A stretch of DNA of 48,463 nucleotides from assembly GCA_947632185.1 (NCBI GenBank), contig CANROH010000003.1, positions 1 through 48,463 of the forward strand. The letters run 5' to 3'. The notes beneath the pieces are model-generated. The model made no database searches. It saw nothing but the letters and a program-made list of their open reading frames with translations, and was not told where the DNA came from. This DNA comes from an uncultured Clostridia bacterium. Its GTDB lineage: Bacteria > Bacillota > Clostridia > TANB77 > CAG-508. How positions within the stretch are numbered: the first letter of the stretch is position 1; the number at the start of each line of letters is the position of its first letter. Below are positions 1-8,875 of this stretch, piece after piece. Made by a program: the position numbers and the translations under genes.

Positions 1-300
1 TTTTCTATAGGATATACTATAGCAGCTATGATAGCAGTTTTGGGATTAAAACAAGGAATTGTAATTTCTATGATTTCATTATTATTCCAAAATATTATTT
101 TTTTACCAGCACTTTTTATAATTTCAGAAAATGGTATAAAACTATATAAAGGAATCTATAAAAGATGTATTAATTTAAAAGAGGAAGTAATAAGGCATAC
201 AATTATTATGTTGATTTCGATTATTTTGGCTGTTATATCAAGTATTATTGAAGTTTATTTTTCTATGAATTTATTAATATTTTTAAAAGAAATTATTTAA
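1..300 (+). CDS. spoIIM: Stage II sporulation protein M (5'-truncated by window edge)
   Basis: Frame is open from base 1 (FSIGYTIAAM...). Hydrophobic, with LFQNIIFLPA and SIIEVYFS motifs typical of SpoIIM. Sits directly upstream of xerD, the conserved clostridial synteny. Confidence 0.8.
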   Translation, partial: FSIGYTIAAMIAVLGLKQGIVISMISLLFQNIIFLPALFIISENGIKLYKGIYKRCINLKEEVIRHTIIMLISIILAVISSIIEVYFSMNLLIFLKEII

Positions 301-306
301 AAAACC

Positions 307-335
307 TTTACTTTTTTGTTCATATTTGATATAAC
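307..335 (+). promoter_or_regulatory. Putative sigma-A promoter of xerD
   Basis: TTTACT (307-312), 17 nt spacer, extended -10 TG-n-TATAAC (327-335). Confidence 0.45.
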
Positions 336-421
336 ATAAATACCTTATGTAAATTATTTTGTTGATATCAAATGTGATTAAAATTTAAGGAAATACAATT
401 ATGGATAGGAGAGGTTATGTA

Positions 422-1303
422 ATGGAAAAACAAATTAAACTTTTTTTAGATTTTCTACAAAATGATAAAAAATTATCATTAAATACATTACAAGCTTACA
501 AAAGAGATATTACACAATATCAAGAATACCTAGATAATAATAATATTAATTATTTGAAAATAGAAAATGAAGATATTGATAAATATTTTGAATCATTAAA
601 AACAATGAATAAGAAAACTTCAACTATTTCTAGAAATTTAGCTACAATAAGATCTTTTTATCAATTCCTATTAAGGACAAAGAAAATAAAAAAAGATCCA
701 ACCATAGGTGTTCAATCTCCTAAAGTTGAAAAGAAGGTTCCTAGTATTTTAACTTCAAAAGAAGTTGAATTATTGCTTGATCAACCTAAAGGCATTGATT
801 TGAAAGGAATAAGAGATAAGGCAATGCTTGAATTTGCATATGCTACAGGAATGAGAGTTACAGAAATTATTTCTTTAGACATTTCAGATGTAAACTTAGA
901 ACAAAGCTATGTTGAATGCAATACAGGAATGAAAAAAAGAAATATTCCATTAGGCTCTATATCTTTAAAAGCTTTAAAAGATTATATAGAAAAAGCTAGA
1001 CCAATATTAATAAAAGATGATAAAGTAACAGCTTTATTTGTAAATATAAATGGAAAAAGATTAACAAGACAAGGATTTTGGAAAATAGTAAAATATTATA
1101 AAGAACAAGCCCATATAACAAAAGAAATAACTCCACATGTTTTAAGACATTCATTTGCAACACATCTTTTACAAAATGGAGCTGATTTAAAAGCAATTCA
1201 AACAATGCTTGGACATTCAGATATATCATCAACACAAGTTTATATGCAATTTCAAAATGATAATATAAGAGAGATTTATAAAAAAGCTCATCCAAGAGCT
1301 TAA
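422..1303 (+). CDS. xerD: Site-specific tyrosine recombinase XerD
   Basis: ATGMRVTE, LTRQGFWKI, TPHVLRHSFATHLL and LGHSDISSTQVY catalytic motifs. RBS AGGAGAGG before ATG 422. Follows spoIIM. Confidence 0.9.
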   Translation: MEKQIKLFLDFLQNDKKLSLNTLQAYKRDITQYQEYLDNNNINYLKIENEDIDKYFESLKTMNKKTSTISRNLATIRSFYQFLLRTKKIKKDPTIGVQSPKVEKKVPSILTSKEVELLLDQPKGIDLKGIRDKAMLEFAYATGMRVTEIISLDISDVNLEQSYVECNTGMKKRNIPLGSISLKALKDYIEKARPILIKDDKVTALFVNINGKRLTRQGFWKIVKYYKEQAHITKEITPHVLRHSFATHLLQNGADLKAIQTMLGHSDISSTQVYMQFQNDNIREIYKKAHPRA

Positions 1304-1307
1304 ATAA

Positions 1308-1335
1308 AAAAATGCACCATATAAGGTGCATTTTT
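1308..1335. terminator. Bidirectional intrinsic terminator between xerD and pepV
   Basis: AAAAATGCACC-atataa-GGTGCATTTTT hairpin with A/T tails between convergent genes. Confidence 0.8.
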
Positions 1336-2704
1336 ATTTTGATAATTCATAAATTGCATCTGCATAAATTTTACTTGCTAAAATTAAATTATCTATTTTT
1401 ATAAATTCGTCCACTTGATGGCACATATCAATACTACCAGGCATCATTGCTCCATATGAAATGAAATTTTTAAACGCTCTTGCATAAGTACCTCCACCGA
1501 TGGCAATTGGTTCTTCATTTAATCCAGTTTTTTTATTAAATATATCTACTAAAGTTTTTACTAGATAATTATTTTTTTCTATATATAATGGTTCTTGAAT
1601 TCTAATTGTTTTAACTTCTAAAGTATTGAATTCATTTTTTAGTAAATCATATTTTAATTTTATATCTTCACAATTTGTGTGTACAGGGACTCTTAAATTT
1701 ATTTTTATAATTAGTTTATTATCAATATAATCTAATACTGCAACATTAGAAGTAAGAATTCCTGATTCATCTTGAATTTTTGTATTAGACATAAATTCAG
1801 GACTTTCAAGTGAAAACACTCCTAATTCGTATAATCTATTTAAATAATTAGAATCAAATTCAAAATTATCTAGTAAGTATTTAACTAGATTTGTTATTGC
1901 ATTTTTTCCTAGTTCTGGATGTGCAGCATGAGAGGCAATACCAAAAGATTCGATTTTTATAGTGTTACTATTTATATTATGAATTTTTATATTTTCAGAA
2001 TTACTATATTTATGAGAAATATTAGGAAGATTTGATTTTAATGTTATAGAACAATACTTTGGAACAACATTTATAGCGTTATCATTACAATTTATATCTA
2101 AAATAGAGAAATTTTTTATAGAAAAATTGTTGTTTAATTCAATTGACATAATTCCTTTTTCAGCAAAAATTCCTGGAAAATTAGCATCTGGACTAAATCC
2201 TATAGAAGGATGTTCCTCATGATTTTTATAATATTCAATGCATTTCCAGCTTTTTTCTTCATTAAGTCCTAAAATTAATCTAACTCTTTTTGAAACTTTC
2301 ACATTATCTTTAATTGCTTTCATAGCATATAAAGATGCCACTACAGGACCTTTATCGTCAATTGCACCTCTTCCAAAAATTTTACCTTCTCTTATTGATG
2401 GAAGAAAAGGAGGAGATGACCATCCATCATCTTCTAAAGCTGGAACAACATCTAAGTGACCTATAATTCCAACTAATTCTTTACCTTCACCAAATTCAAT
2501 ATAGCCACAATAATCATCAATGTTTTTAGTTTTAAATCCCATTGATTTTCCAAGATTTAGGGCATATTTTAATGCATTTGAACATTCTTCTCCAAAAGGA
2601 AAATCAGTGTTTGAATTTTCATTAGAAACACTAGGAATTTTTATTAATTCGCAAAGAGTTTCTATAATATTATTTTTATTTTTTTCAATAATCTCATCAA
2701 ACAT
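1334..2704 (-). CDS. pepV: M20 family dipeptidase (PepV/Sapep type)
   Basis: GHLDVVPA, GRGAIDDKGP, GLNEE, PDANFP, GGGTYARA and HQVDE motifs. Confidence 0.85.
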   Translation of the reverse strand: MFDEIIEKNKNNIIETLCELIKIPSVSNENSNTDFPFGEECSNALKYALNLGKSMGFKTKNIDDYCGYIEFGEGKELVGIIGHLDVVPALEDDGWSSPPFLPSIREGKIFGRGAIDDKGPVVASLYAMKAIKDNVKVSKRVRLILGLNEEKSWKCIEYYKNHEEHPSIGFSPDANFPGIFAEKGIMSIELNNNFSIKNFSILDINCNDNAINVVPKYCSITLKSNLPNISHKYSNSENIKIHNINSNTIKIESFGIASHAAHPELGKNAITNLVKYLLDNFEFDSNYLNRLYELGVFSLESPEFMSNTKIQDESGILTSNVAVLDYIDNKLIIKINLRVPVHTNCEDIKLKYDLLKNEFNTLEVKTIRIQEPLYIEKNNYLVKTLVDIFNKKTGLNEEPIAIGGGTYARAFKNFISYGAMMPGSIDMCHQVDEFIKIDNLILASKIYADAIYELSK

Positions 2705-2812
2705 AAAAAACTCCTTTTAACTAAAAATTACTTAATATATGTAAATTGCTTTTTTATTATATACTAAAATATGCAAAAAAATAAATAATGTTATAAAAAA
2801 ATCTTAAAAAAC

Positions 2813-2841
2813 TTGAATTAATAAAAAAATATGTATAAAAT
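2813..2841 (+). promoter_or_regulatory. Putative sigma-A promoter of the pilin-like gene
   Basis: TTGAAT-17nt-TAAAAT upstream of the GGAGG RBS. Confidence 0.45.
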
Positions 2842-2879
2842 AAATAAGTAAACAAAAGTAAAAATTATAGGAGGGTAAA

Positions 2880-3230
2880 ATGAATAATCAAAAAGGAATA
2901 ACATTAGTTGCTTTAATACTTTGTGTAGTAGTTTTAGTAGTTTTTGCAGGAATTTCTGTAGCATTAGTACTTACTGATAAAGGAAGAACTAATGATGAAA
3001 ATAATACTACAAATACTTCAGAGGAACCATCATACTATGTTGAAAATACAGATGATGGAATAGTTTATGATTCTGAAGGAAATCCAATAACTACTCCAGA
3101 AGAAGATAGTAATGATTTACCAGAAGTGGACTTTACAGAACAAACACAAATAGATTCAAATTTATCTAACAATACTACTGGAGAAGAAACAAATACAGTA
3201 AGTAACGAAGTAAGTAATGAAAGTTTATAA
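2880..3230 (+). CDS. Small type IV pilin-like protein (class III signal peptide) with acidic low-complexity tail
   Basis: MNNQKG|ITLVALILCVVVLVVFAGISVALV: basic leader, Gly at -1, hydrophobic helix, no Glu5. C-terminus is N/T/E/S-rich. Confidence 0.7.
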   Translation: MNNQKGITLVALILCVVVLVVFAGISVALVLTDKGRTNDENNTTNTSEEPSYYVENTDDGIVYDSEGNPITTPEEDSNDLPEVDFTEQTQIDSNLSNNTTGEETNTVSNEVSNESL

Positions 3231-3255
3231 TAAATAAAATTATTTTACAAAAGCT

Positions 3256-3298
3256 AAAGTGAATTTTAAGTATAAATTAAGCTTAAAATTCACTTTTT
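3256..3298 (+). terminator. Intrinsic terminator after pilin-like gene
   Basis: 15-bp perfect inverted repeat AAAGTGAATTTTAAG / CTTAAAATTCACTTT ending in a T run. Confidence 0.7.
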
Positions 3299-3339
3299 AC
3301 ATTATAAAATTTAGGTATTATTGAAAAGATGAGGTAAAA

Positions 3340-3822
3340 ATGCTTAATATTAATATTATTTGTGTTGGAAAAATAAAGGAAAATTATTTAAAAGATGCTA
3401 TTTCAGAATATTCAAAAAGATTATCAAAATTTTGCAATTTAACTTTTATAGAAATTTTAGATGAAAAACTTCCTAATAAAATAAATGATAGCACAATAAA
3501 TGAAGTCAAAGTAAAGGAAGGATTGAAAATTTTAGATAATTTAAAAAAAGATTCTTATATTATAGCATTAGATTTAAAAGGAAGACAATTTTCTTCAGAA
3601 GAATTTGCAGAAAAAATTGAAAATATTACAGTTAGAGGTTATAGTAGTATAACTTTTATTATAGGTGGTACTCTTGGAATGTCAACTGATGTATTAGATA
3701 AAGTAAATGAATTAATATGCTTTTCAAAAATGACATTCCCACATCAATTAATAAGAGTGTTTCTGTTAGAACAAATTTTTAGAAGTTTCAAAATTTTAAA
3801 TAATGAGACATATCATTGGTAA
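3340..3822 (+). CDS. rlmH: 23S rRNA (pseudouridine1915-N3)-methyltransferase
   Basis: ICVGKIKE, FIIGGTLG, FSKMTFPHQLIRVFLLEQIFRS and terminal YH motifs. Confidence 0.95.
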   Translation: MLNINIICVGKIKENYLKDAISEYSKRLSKFCNLTFIEILDEKLPNKINDSTINEVKVKEGLKILDNLKKDSYIIALDLKGRQFSSEEFAEKIENITVRGYSSITFIIGGTLGMSTDVLDKVNELICFSKMTFPHQLIRVFLLEQIFRSFKILNNETYHW

Positions 3823-3833
3823 AAGAGGTTTTT

Positions 3834-4712
3834 ATGGAAGGAATAATCATAATTAATAAACCAAAAGGTTTTACATCTCAAGATGTAGTTTCTAAAACTA
3901 AAAAAATATTAAACATAAAAAAAGCTGGACATACTGGAACTTTAGATCCAATGGCTACAGGAGTTTTACCTGTGCTAATTGGTAATTATACAAAATTATC
4001 TAAATATTTAATTGAACATGATAAAACATATGTTGCAAAAGTAAAATTAGGAACAAAAACTACTACAGGTGATAGAGAAGGTGATATTATTGAGAGCAAA
4101 AAAGTAAATTTGGATTATTTATCATCTGAAAATGTAAAAAAGATTTTAAATAGTTTTATTGGTAAGCAAATGCAAGTTCCTCCAATGTATTCTTCAATTA
4201 AAATAAATGGTAAAAAATTATATGAATATGCAAGAGAAGGAAAAAGTGTAAAAGTAAATCCAAGACAAATTGAAATATATAAAATTAATCTATTAAAAAT
4301 AGATAAGGAAAATTTTGAAATAGAATTTGAAGTATCTTGTTCAAAAGGTACATATATAAGAGTTTTATGTGAAAATATTGCAGAAAAATTAGGTACGCTT
4401 GGCTATATGAGTATGTTAAATAGAATTGCAGTAGATAAATTTAAAATAGAAGATTCAGTTAGTTTTGAGACTTTAGAAAACAATAAATATAATTTAGACT
4501 TTTTGAATTCTAAATTAATTACTATGGAGAAAATCTTTTCAAATTTAGAAAAAATCAAATTATCTGAAAAAAAGAAAATTTTATTTTTAAATGGAGTAAT
4601 GCTAACAGTAAAACTAAGTGATGGATTATATAATATTTATGACGAAAATAATTCATATTTAGGAACAGGAATTATAAATAATAACCTATTGAAAAGGGAT
4701 ATAATACTCTAA
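3834..4712 (+). CDS. truB: tRNA pseudouridine(55) synthase
   Basis: KPKGFTSQDVV, GHTGTLDPMATGVL, QVPPMYSS, CSKGTYIR. ATG 3834 follows AAAGAGG. Confidence 0.95.
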   Translation: MEGIIIINKPKGFTSQDVVSKTKKILNIKKAGHTGTLDPMATGVLPVLIGNYTKLSKYLIEHDKTYVAKVKLGTKTTTGDREGDIIESKKVNLDYLSSENVKKILNSFIGKQMQVPPMYSSIKINGKKLYEYAREGKSVKVNPRQIEIYKINLLKIDKENFEIEFEVSCSKGTYIRVLCENIAEKLGTLGYMSMLNRIAVDKFKIEDSVSFETLENNKYNLDFLNSKLITMEKIFSNLEKIKLSEKKKILFLNGVMLTVKLSDGLYNIYDENNSYLGTGIINNNLLKRDIIL

Positions 4713-4813
4713 ATTTTGATAATTAATTAAATATATAATAATTTTATATTACACTATTTACAAAACATAAACTTTTTTGATAAAATTATTAAAATAAAAA
4801 AAGGAGTATAAAG

Positions 4814-5728
4814 ATGAAACATTTAATCGATATTAAAGATTTGTCAATCGAAGAAATTGATAATCTAATAAAAGTAGCTAAAGATATCATTGCAAATCCA
4901 GAGAAATATTCTCATAAATGTGATGGTAAAAAGTTAGCTACTTTATTTTTTGAACCAAGTACAAGAACTAGGTTAAGTTTTGAATCAGCAATGCTTAGTT
5001 TAGGAGGTAATGTATTAGGATTTTCAGAAGCCTCTTCTAGCTCAGTTTCAAAAGGAGAATCTGTATCAGATACAATAAGAGTAGTTGGATGTTATTGCGA
5101 TATTATAGCAATGAGACATCCAAAAGAAGGAGCACCATTTGTTGCTTCTATAAAATCAACAGTTCCTATTATTAACGCTGGAGATGGAGGACATAATCAT
5201 CCAACTCAAACATTAACTGATTTACTTACTATTGAATGTGAAAAAAATAGATTAGATAATTTAACAATAGGTCTTTGTGGAGACTTAAAGTTTGGAAGAA
5301 CTGTTCATTCATTAATTACAGCAATGTGTAGATATAAAAATATAAAATTTGTTTTAATTTCTCCAGACGAATTAAAATTACCTGAATATGTGAAAAAGGG
5401 TGTTTTAGAAAAAAATAATATAGAATATTGTGAAACTAAAGATATTGAAGAATATATGGGCGACCTAGATATTCTTTATATGACAAGAGTTCAAAAGGAA
5501 AGATTTTTTAATGAAGCAGATTATATTAGATTAAAAGATTATTACATACTTAATAAAAATAAATTAAAAAAGGCTAAAAAAGATTTATGCATATTACATC
5601 CATTACCAAGAGTAAATGAAATTTCTACAGATGTAGATGATGATCCAAGAGCATGCTATTTTAGGCAGGCAAATTATGGAAGATATATTAGAATGGCATT
5701 AATTTTAAAAATGTTGGAGGTAAAATAA
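4814..5728 (+). CDS. pyrB: Aspartate carbamoyltransferase catalytic subunit
   Basis: [41 protein letters not shown]. Confidence 0.95.
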   Translation: MKHLIDIKDLSIEEIDNLIKVAKDIIANPEKYSHKCDGKKLATLFFEPSTRTRLSFESAMLSLGGNVLGFSEASSSSVSKGESVSDTIRVVGCYCDIIAMRHPKEGAPFVASIKSTVPIINAGDGGHNHPTQTLTDLLTIECEKNRLDNLTIGLCGDLKFGRTVHSLITAMCRYKNIKFVLISPDELKLPEYVKKGVLEKNNIEYCETKDIEEYMGDLDILYMTRVQKERFFNEADYIRLKDYYILNKNKLKKAKKDLCILHPLPRVNEISTDVDDDPRACYFRQANYGRYIRMALILKMLEVK

Positions 5729-6156
5729 TGAACATTGATAGTATAAAAAACGGATATGTAATTGATCATATAAGAGCTGGTAGAGGAATGCAAATATATG
5801 AAGCGCTTCATTTAAATGATCTTGATTGCCAAGTAGCGATTATTACTAATGCTAAAAGTCAAAAAATGGGGAAAAAAGATATAATTAAAATCGATAGAGA
5901 AATACCTATTGATATAGATGCACTAGGATTTATTGATCATAATATAACAGTAAATATTGTAAAAGATGATAAAATAATAGAAAAAAGAAAGCTTATGCTT
6001 CCAGAAAAAGTAGTAAATATTGCAAAATGTAATAATCCAAGATGTATAACATCAATTGAAAAAGATTTAGATCAAATATTTATCTTAACAGATAGAGAAA
6101 ACGAAGTATATAGATGTAAATATTGTGAAATGAGTCTAAAACAACATAATGAATAA
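5728..6156 (+). CDS. pyrI: Aspartate carbamoyltransferase regulatory subunit
   Basis: IKNGYVIDHI, KKDIIK, zinc ligands CNNPRCIT and CKYCE. TAATG overlap with pyrB. Confidence 0.93.
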   Translation: MNIDSIKNGYVIDHIRAGRGMQIYEALHLNDLDCQVAIITNAKSQKMGKKDIIKIDREIPIDIDALGFIDHNITVNIVKDDKIIEKRKLMLPEKVVNIAKCNNPRCITSIEKDLDQIFILTDRENEVYRCKYCEMSLKQHNE

Positions 6157-6191
6157 AGAATTTATAAAATAATTGCAAAGAGGTAGATTTA

Positions 6192-7214
6192 ATGATTTAT
6201 CCAGAATATTTAAAAAAAGGTGATACTATAGGAATATGTGCTCCATCAGAAGGAATTACAGAGTCAAATAAAATAAAAAAATTAGAAGCAGCTGAAAGAC
6301 AATTAATAGAACTAGGATACAATATATTAGAGACTAAAAGTGTTAGATGTAATTATATGGGAAGAAGTGCTAGACCTGAAATAAGAGCTAAAGAATTCAT
6401 GGAACTTTTAGAAAATGATAATGTAAAAATGATTTTATTTGCAACTGGTGGCAATTTTTTATGTGAAATAATTGATTATTTAGATTTCGATAAAATAAAA
6501 AAATTAAAACCAAAGTGGATGCAAGGATATTCTGACATTACTGGAATAAGTTTTCTTTTTAACACAATTTTAGATATACCTAGTATGTATTGCCAAACAG
6601 TTAAGGACTATGCTATGAGACCTCTTCATAAAAGCTTAATTGATGCTTTAGAGATTGAATCAGGAAATATAGTTTCACAGAATTCGTTTGATTTATATGA
6701 AAAAGAATCTTTTCCAGATGATTTTGAAAATAAAGATTATTTATATAATTTAACAGAAAAGGTGAAGTGGAAAAATGTTTTAGGAGGAGATAAAATAACT
6801 ATAGAAGGAAGAGCATTAGGAGGATGTTTAGACTGCATACAATCTTATATTGGTACTAAATATGATAATGTGAGAAAATATATTGAAAAACACAAATCAG
6901 AAGGAATTATATGGTTTTTTGATGTATATGAAATGGGAACTGCAATGTTATATAGAGTTTTATGGCAAATGAAAAATTGCGGATATTTTGAAAATTGTAA
7001 TGGAATTATTTTTGGAAGGCCTTTGTTTGTTAGAAATGATTATGATATAACTTTTAATGATACTGTTAAAGAAGTATTATCAGATTTAAATATTCCAGTA
7101 ATATGTGATGCAGATATAGGACATAAGCCTCCTCAACTTGCTATAGTAAATGGTGCAATTTTAAAAATAATATCACAAAATGGCAAAGGAATAATAGAAA
7201 CTTATTTAAAATAA
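6192..7214 (+). CDS. S66 family peptidase (LD-carboxypeptidase/MccF-like)
   Basis: LKKGDTIGICAPS, GYSDIT, GGCLD, DIGHKPP. Confidence 0.88.
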   Translation: MIYPEYLKKGDTIGICAPSEGITESNKIKKLEAAERQLIELGYNILETKSVRCNYMGRSARPEIRAKEFMELLENDNVKMILFATGGNFLCEIIDYLDFDKIKKLKPKWMQGYSDITGISFLFNTILDIPSMYCQTVKDYAMRPLHKSLIDALEIESGNIVSQNSFDLYEKESFPDDFENKDYLYNLTEKVKWKNVLGGDKITIEGRALGGCLDCIQSYIGTKYDNVRKYIEKHKSEGIIWFFDVYEMGTAMLYRVLWQMKNCGYFENCNGIIFGRPLFVRNDYDITFNDTVKEVLSDLNIPVICDADIGHKPPQLAIVNGAILKIISQNGKGIIETYLK

Positions 7215-7233
7215 AAAATAGAGGATTTGTAAA

Positions 7234-8433
7234 ATGAAAGTAAAAGAAGAAGTGATGACTCCAGATGATAATGTAAAAATATTAGAACAAAAAGAAAAAA
7301 ATAAGAGAGATATTTCTGTTGATATAATAAGAATAATAGCATGTATGATGGTTATATTAACACATCTATGTTTACAAGTATTAAATAGAGCGTATAACAG
7401 GATTGATTGGAGTAGATTGTTAGAAAAATCTTTTGTAACAGATGGTGTACCATTATTTTTCTTAATAACAGGTTTTTTCTTGGTAAATGGGCGTAGCTAT
7501 AAAAAAATTTGGAAAAACACTATAAAAAAAGTTTTATTACCTACATTAATATTTATATTATTTGCTCAAATTTTTTACATGTTTATTACTAGTAAAGAAA
7601 GTTTTATTTGGTGTTTAAAAAATGCAGTGGTTAATTTAAATATTTTAGGAATATTAAAAAGTATATTTACTGGTGATGTAACTCCAATAAATACGCTATG
7701 TGCACACCTTTGGTATATATTTTCTTATATTAAAATTATTATTTGGATACCAGTTTTATGGCTTGTATGTAAAGAAGATAAAAATTCAAAATTAGCTCGT
7801 AGAATGATATTAATTTTTGCTGTTATTTCTATGATAATTACAGATGTTCAAAAATTTATAACATTACCATCAATTGGCAAAATAAAAGTTTTTAACTTTA
7901 TAGATAGAGAACTTATATATGTTTTATTAGGATATGAATTATTTGTCCATAAAGATAAAATTAAAAATAATAAGAAAATATGCATTTTATCATTAATAGG
8001 ATTTGTGCTTATAAATTTTATAAGGTATAAACTTGAAACACAGTATATGGTAATAAACTATTTTACTGATATAGTTAATAGAGAAAGCTTTATGGAATGG
8101 AGATACACATTTATAAATGTTCTTTCTAGTATATTTTTATTTACCTTTATATATTCTTTTGAAATTAATAATACAAACTTAAGCAAAATTATAGTATGGA
8201 TTAGTGATAAGACATTTGGTATTTATTTAATTCATTATCTAATTTTAGCAAAGATAGATTTATATAAATTTGAAAAAATTGAAAAATTTTATTTTGAGAT
8301 TTTATATTTGATTGTTGGGCTTATAGTTACTTTTATAGCTTCATTGTTAATTGTTGTAATTATAAGAAAAATTAAGGAAGTTTTAATTAAGGGATATAAT
8401 TATTTAAAAAATAATTTTTTAACTCAAAAATAA
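7234..8433 (+). CDS. Acyltransferase_3 (OafA-like) membrane protein
   Basis: DIIRIIACMMVILTH, VPLFFLITGFF, HLWYI, TFGIYLIH; multiple TM segments. Confidence 0.85.
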   Translation: MKVKEEVMTPDDNVKILEQKEKNKRDISVDIIRIIACMMVILTHLCLQVLNRAYNRIDWSRLLEKSFVTDGVPLFFLITGFFLVNGRSYKKIWKNTIKKVLLPTLIFILFAQIFYMFITSKESFIWCLKNAVVNLNILGILKSIFTGDVTPINTLCAHLWYIFSYIKIIIWIPVLWLVCKEDKNSKLARRMILIFAVISMIITDVQKFITLPSIGKIKVFNFIDRELIYVLLGYELFVHKDKIKNNKKICILSLIGFVLINFIRYKLETQYMVINYFTDIVNRESFMEWRYTFINVLSSIFLFTFIYSFEINNTNLSKIIVWISDKTFGIYLIHYLILAKIDLYKFEKIEKFYFEILYLIVGLIVTFIASLLIVVIIRKIKEVLIKGYNYLKNNFLTQK

Positions 8434-8572
8434 TTTTTAAATATTTTTTTGAAGATTAACTTTAAAAATATAATAATTTTAAAAAAATATATCTTTTTTA
8501 AAAATTATATGATAAAATATGCCATATAAAATTAATTGCAATATGAATTAAATTTTAGGAGGGCTAATAATT

Positions 8573-8860
8573 ATGGAATTAAAAAAATGTGCTCGTTGTG
8601 GTAAATTCTATGCTTCTGATGTAGATGTTTGCCATGAATGCGAAAAAAAAGATTTAGCTGATTTAAGTAAATTAAAAGGATTTTTTTCTGACAGCTATGT
8701 TTCTGGAGTTTCAAAACTTGAAATATCAGCTTCAACAGGAATTAGTACAAGAAACTTAAATAGATATTTAGGTTATGAGGAATTTAGCGGAATATACATA
8801 AAAGATGAAATAAGTGAAGCTCAAAATAGCAACTTATCAAAAGAAAAAATTAACTTATAA
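8573..8860 (+). CDS. Small zinc-ribbon/HTH protein resembling YvyF (flagellar-operon protein family)
   Basis: MELKKCARCGKFY...VCHEC two CxxC pairs followed by an HTH-like EISASTGISTRNLNRY. Confidence 0.55.
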   Translation: MELKKCARCGKFYASDVDVCHECEKKDLADLSKLKGFFSDSYVSGVSKLEISASTGISTRNLNRYLGYEEFSGIYIKDEISEAQNSNLSKEKINL

Positions 8861-8875
8861 TTTGGAGGAATATTA

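Noticed and set aside
670-680. AGG as a second shifty codon
   Set aside because: In-frame AGG, including AGG-A (xerD TTA AGG ACA), occurs in intact genes in this window without frame disruption.
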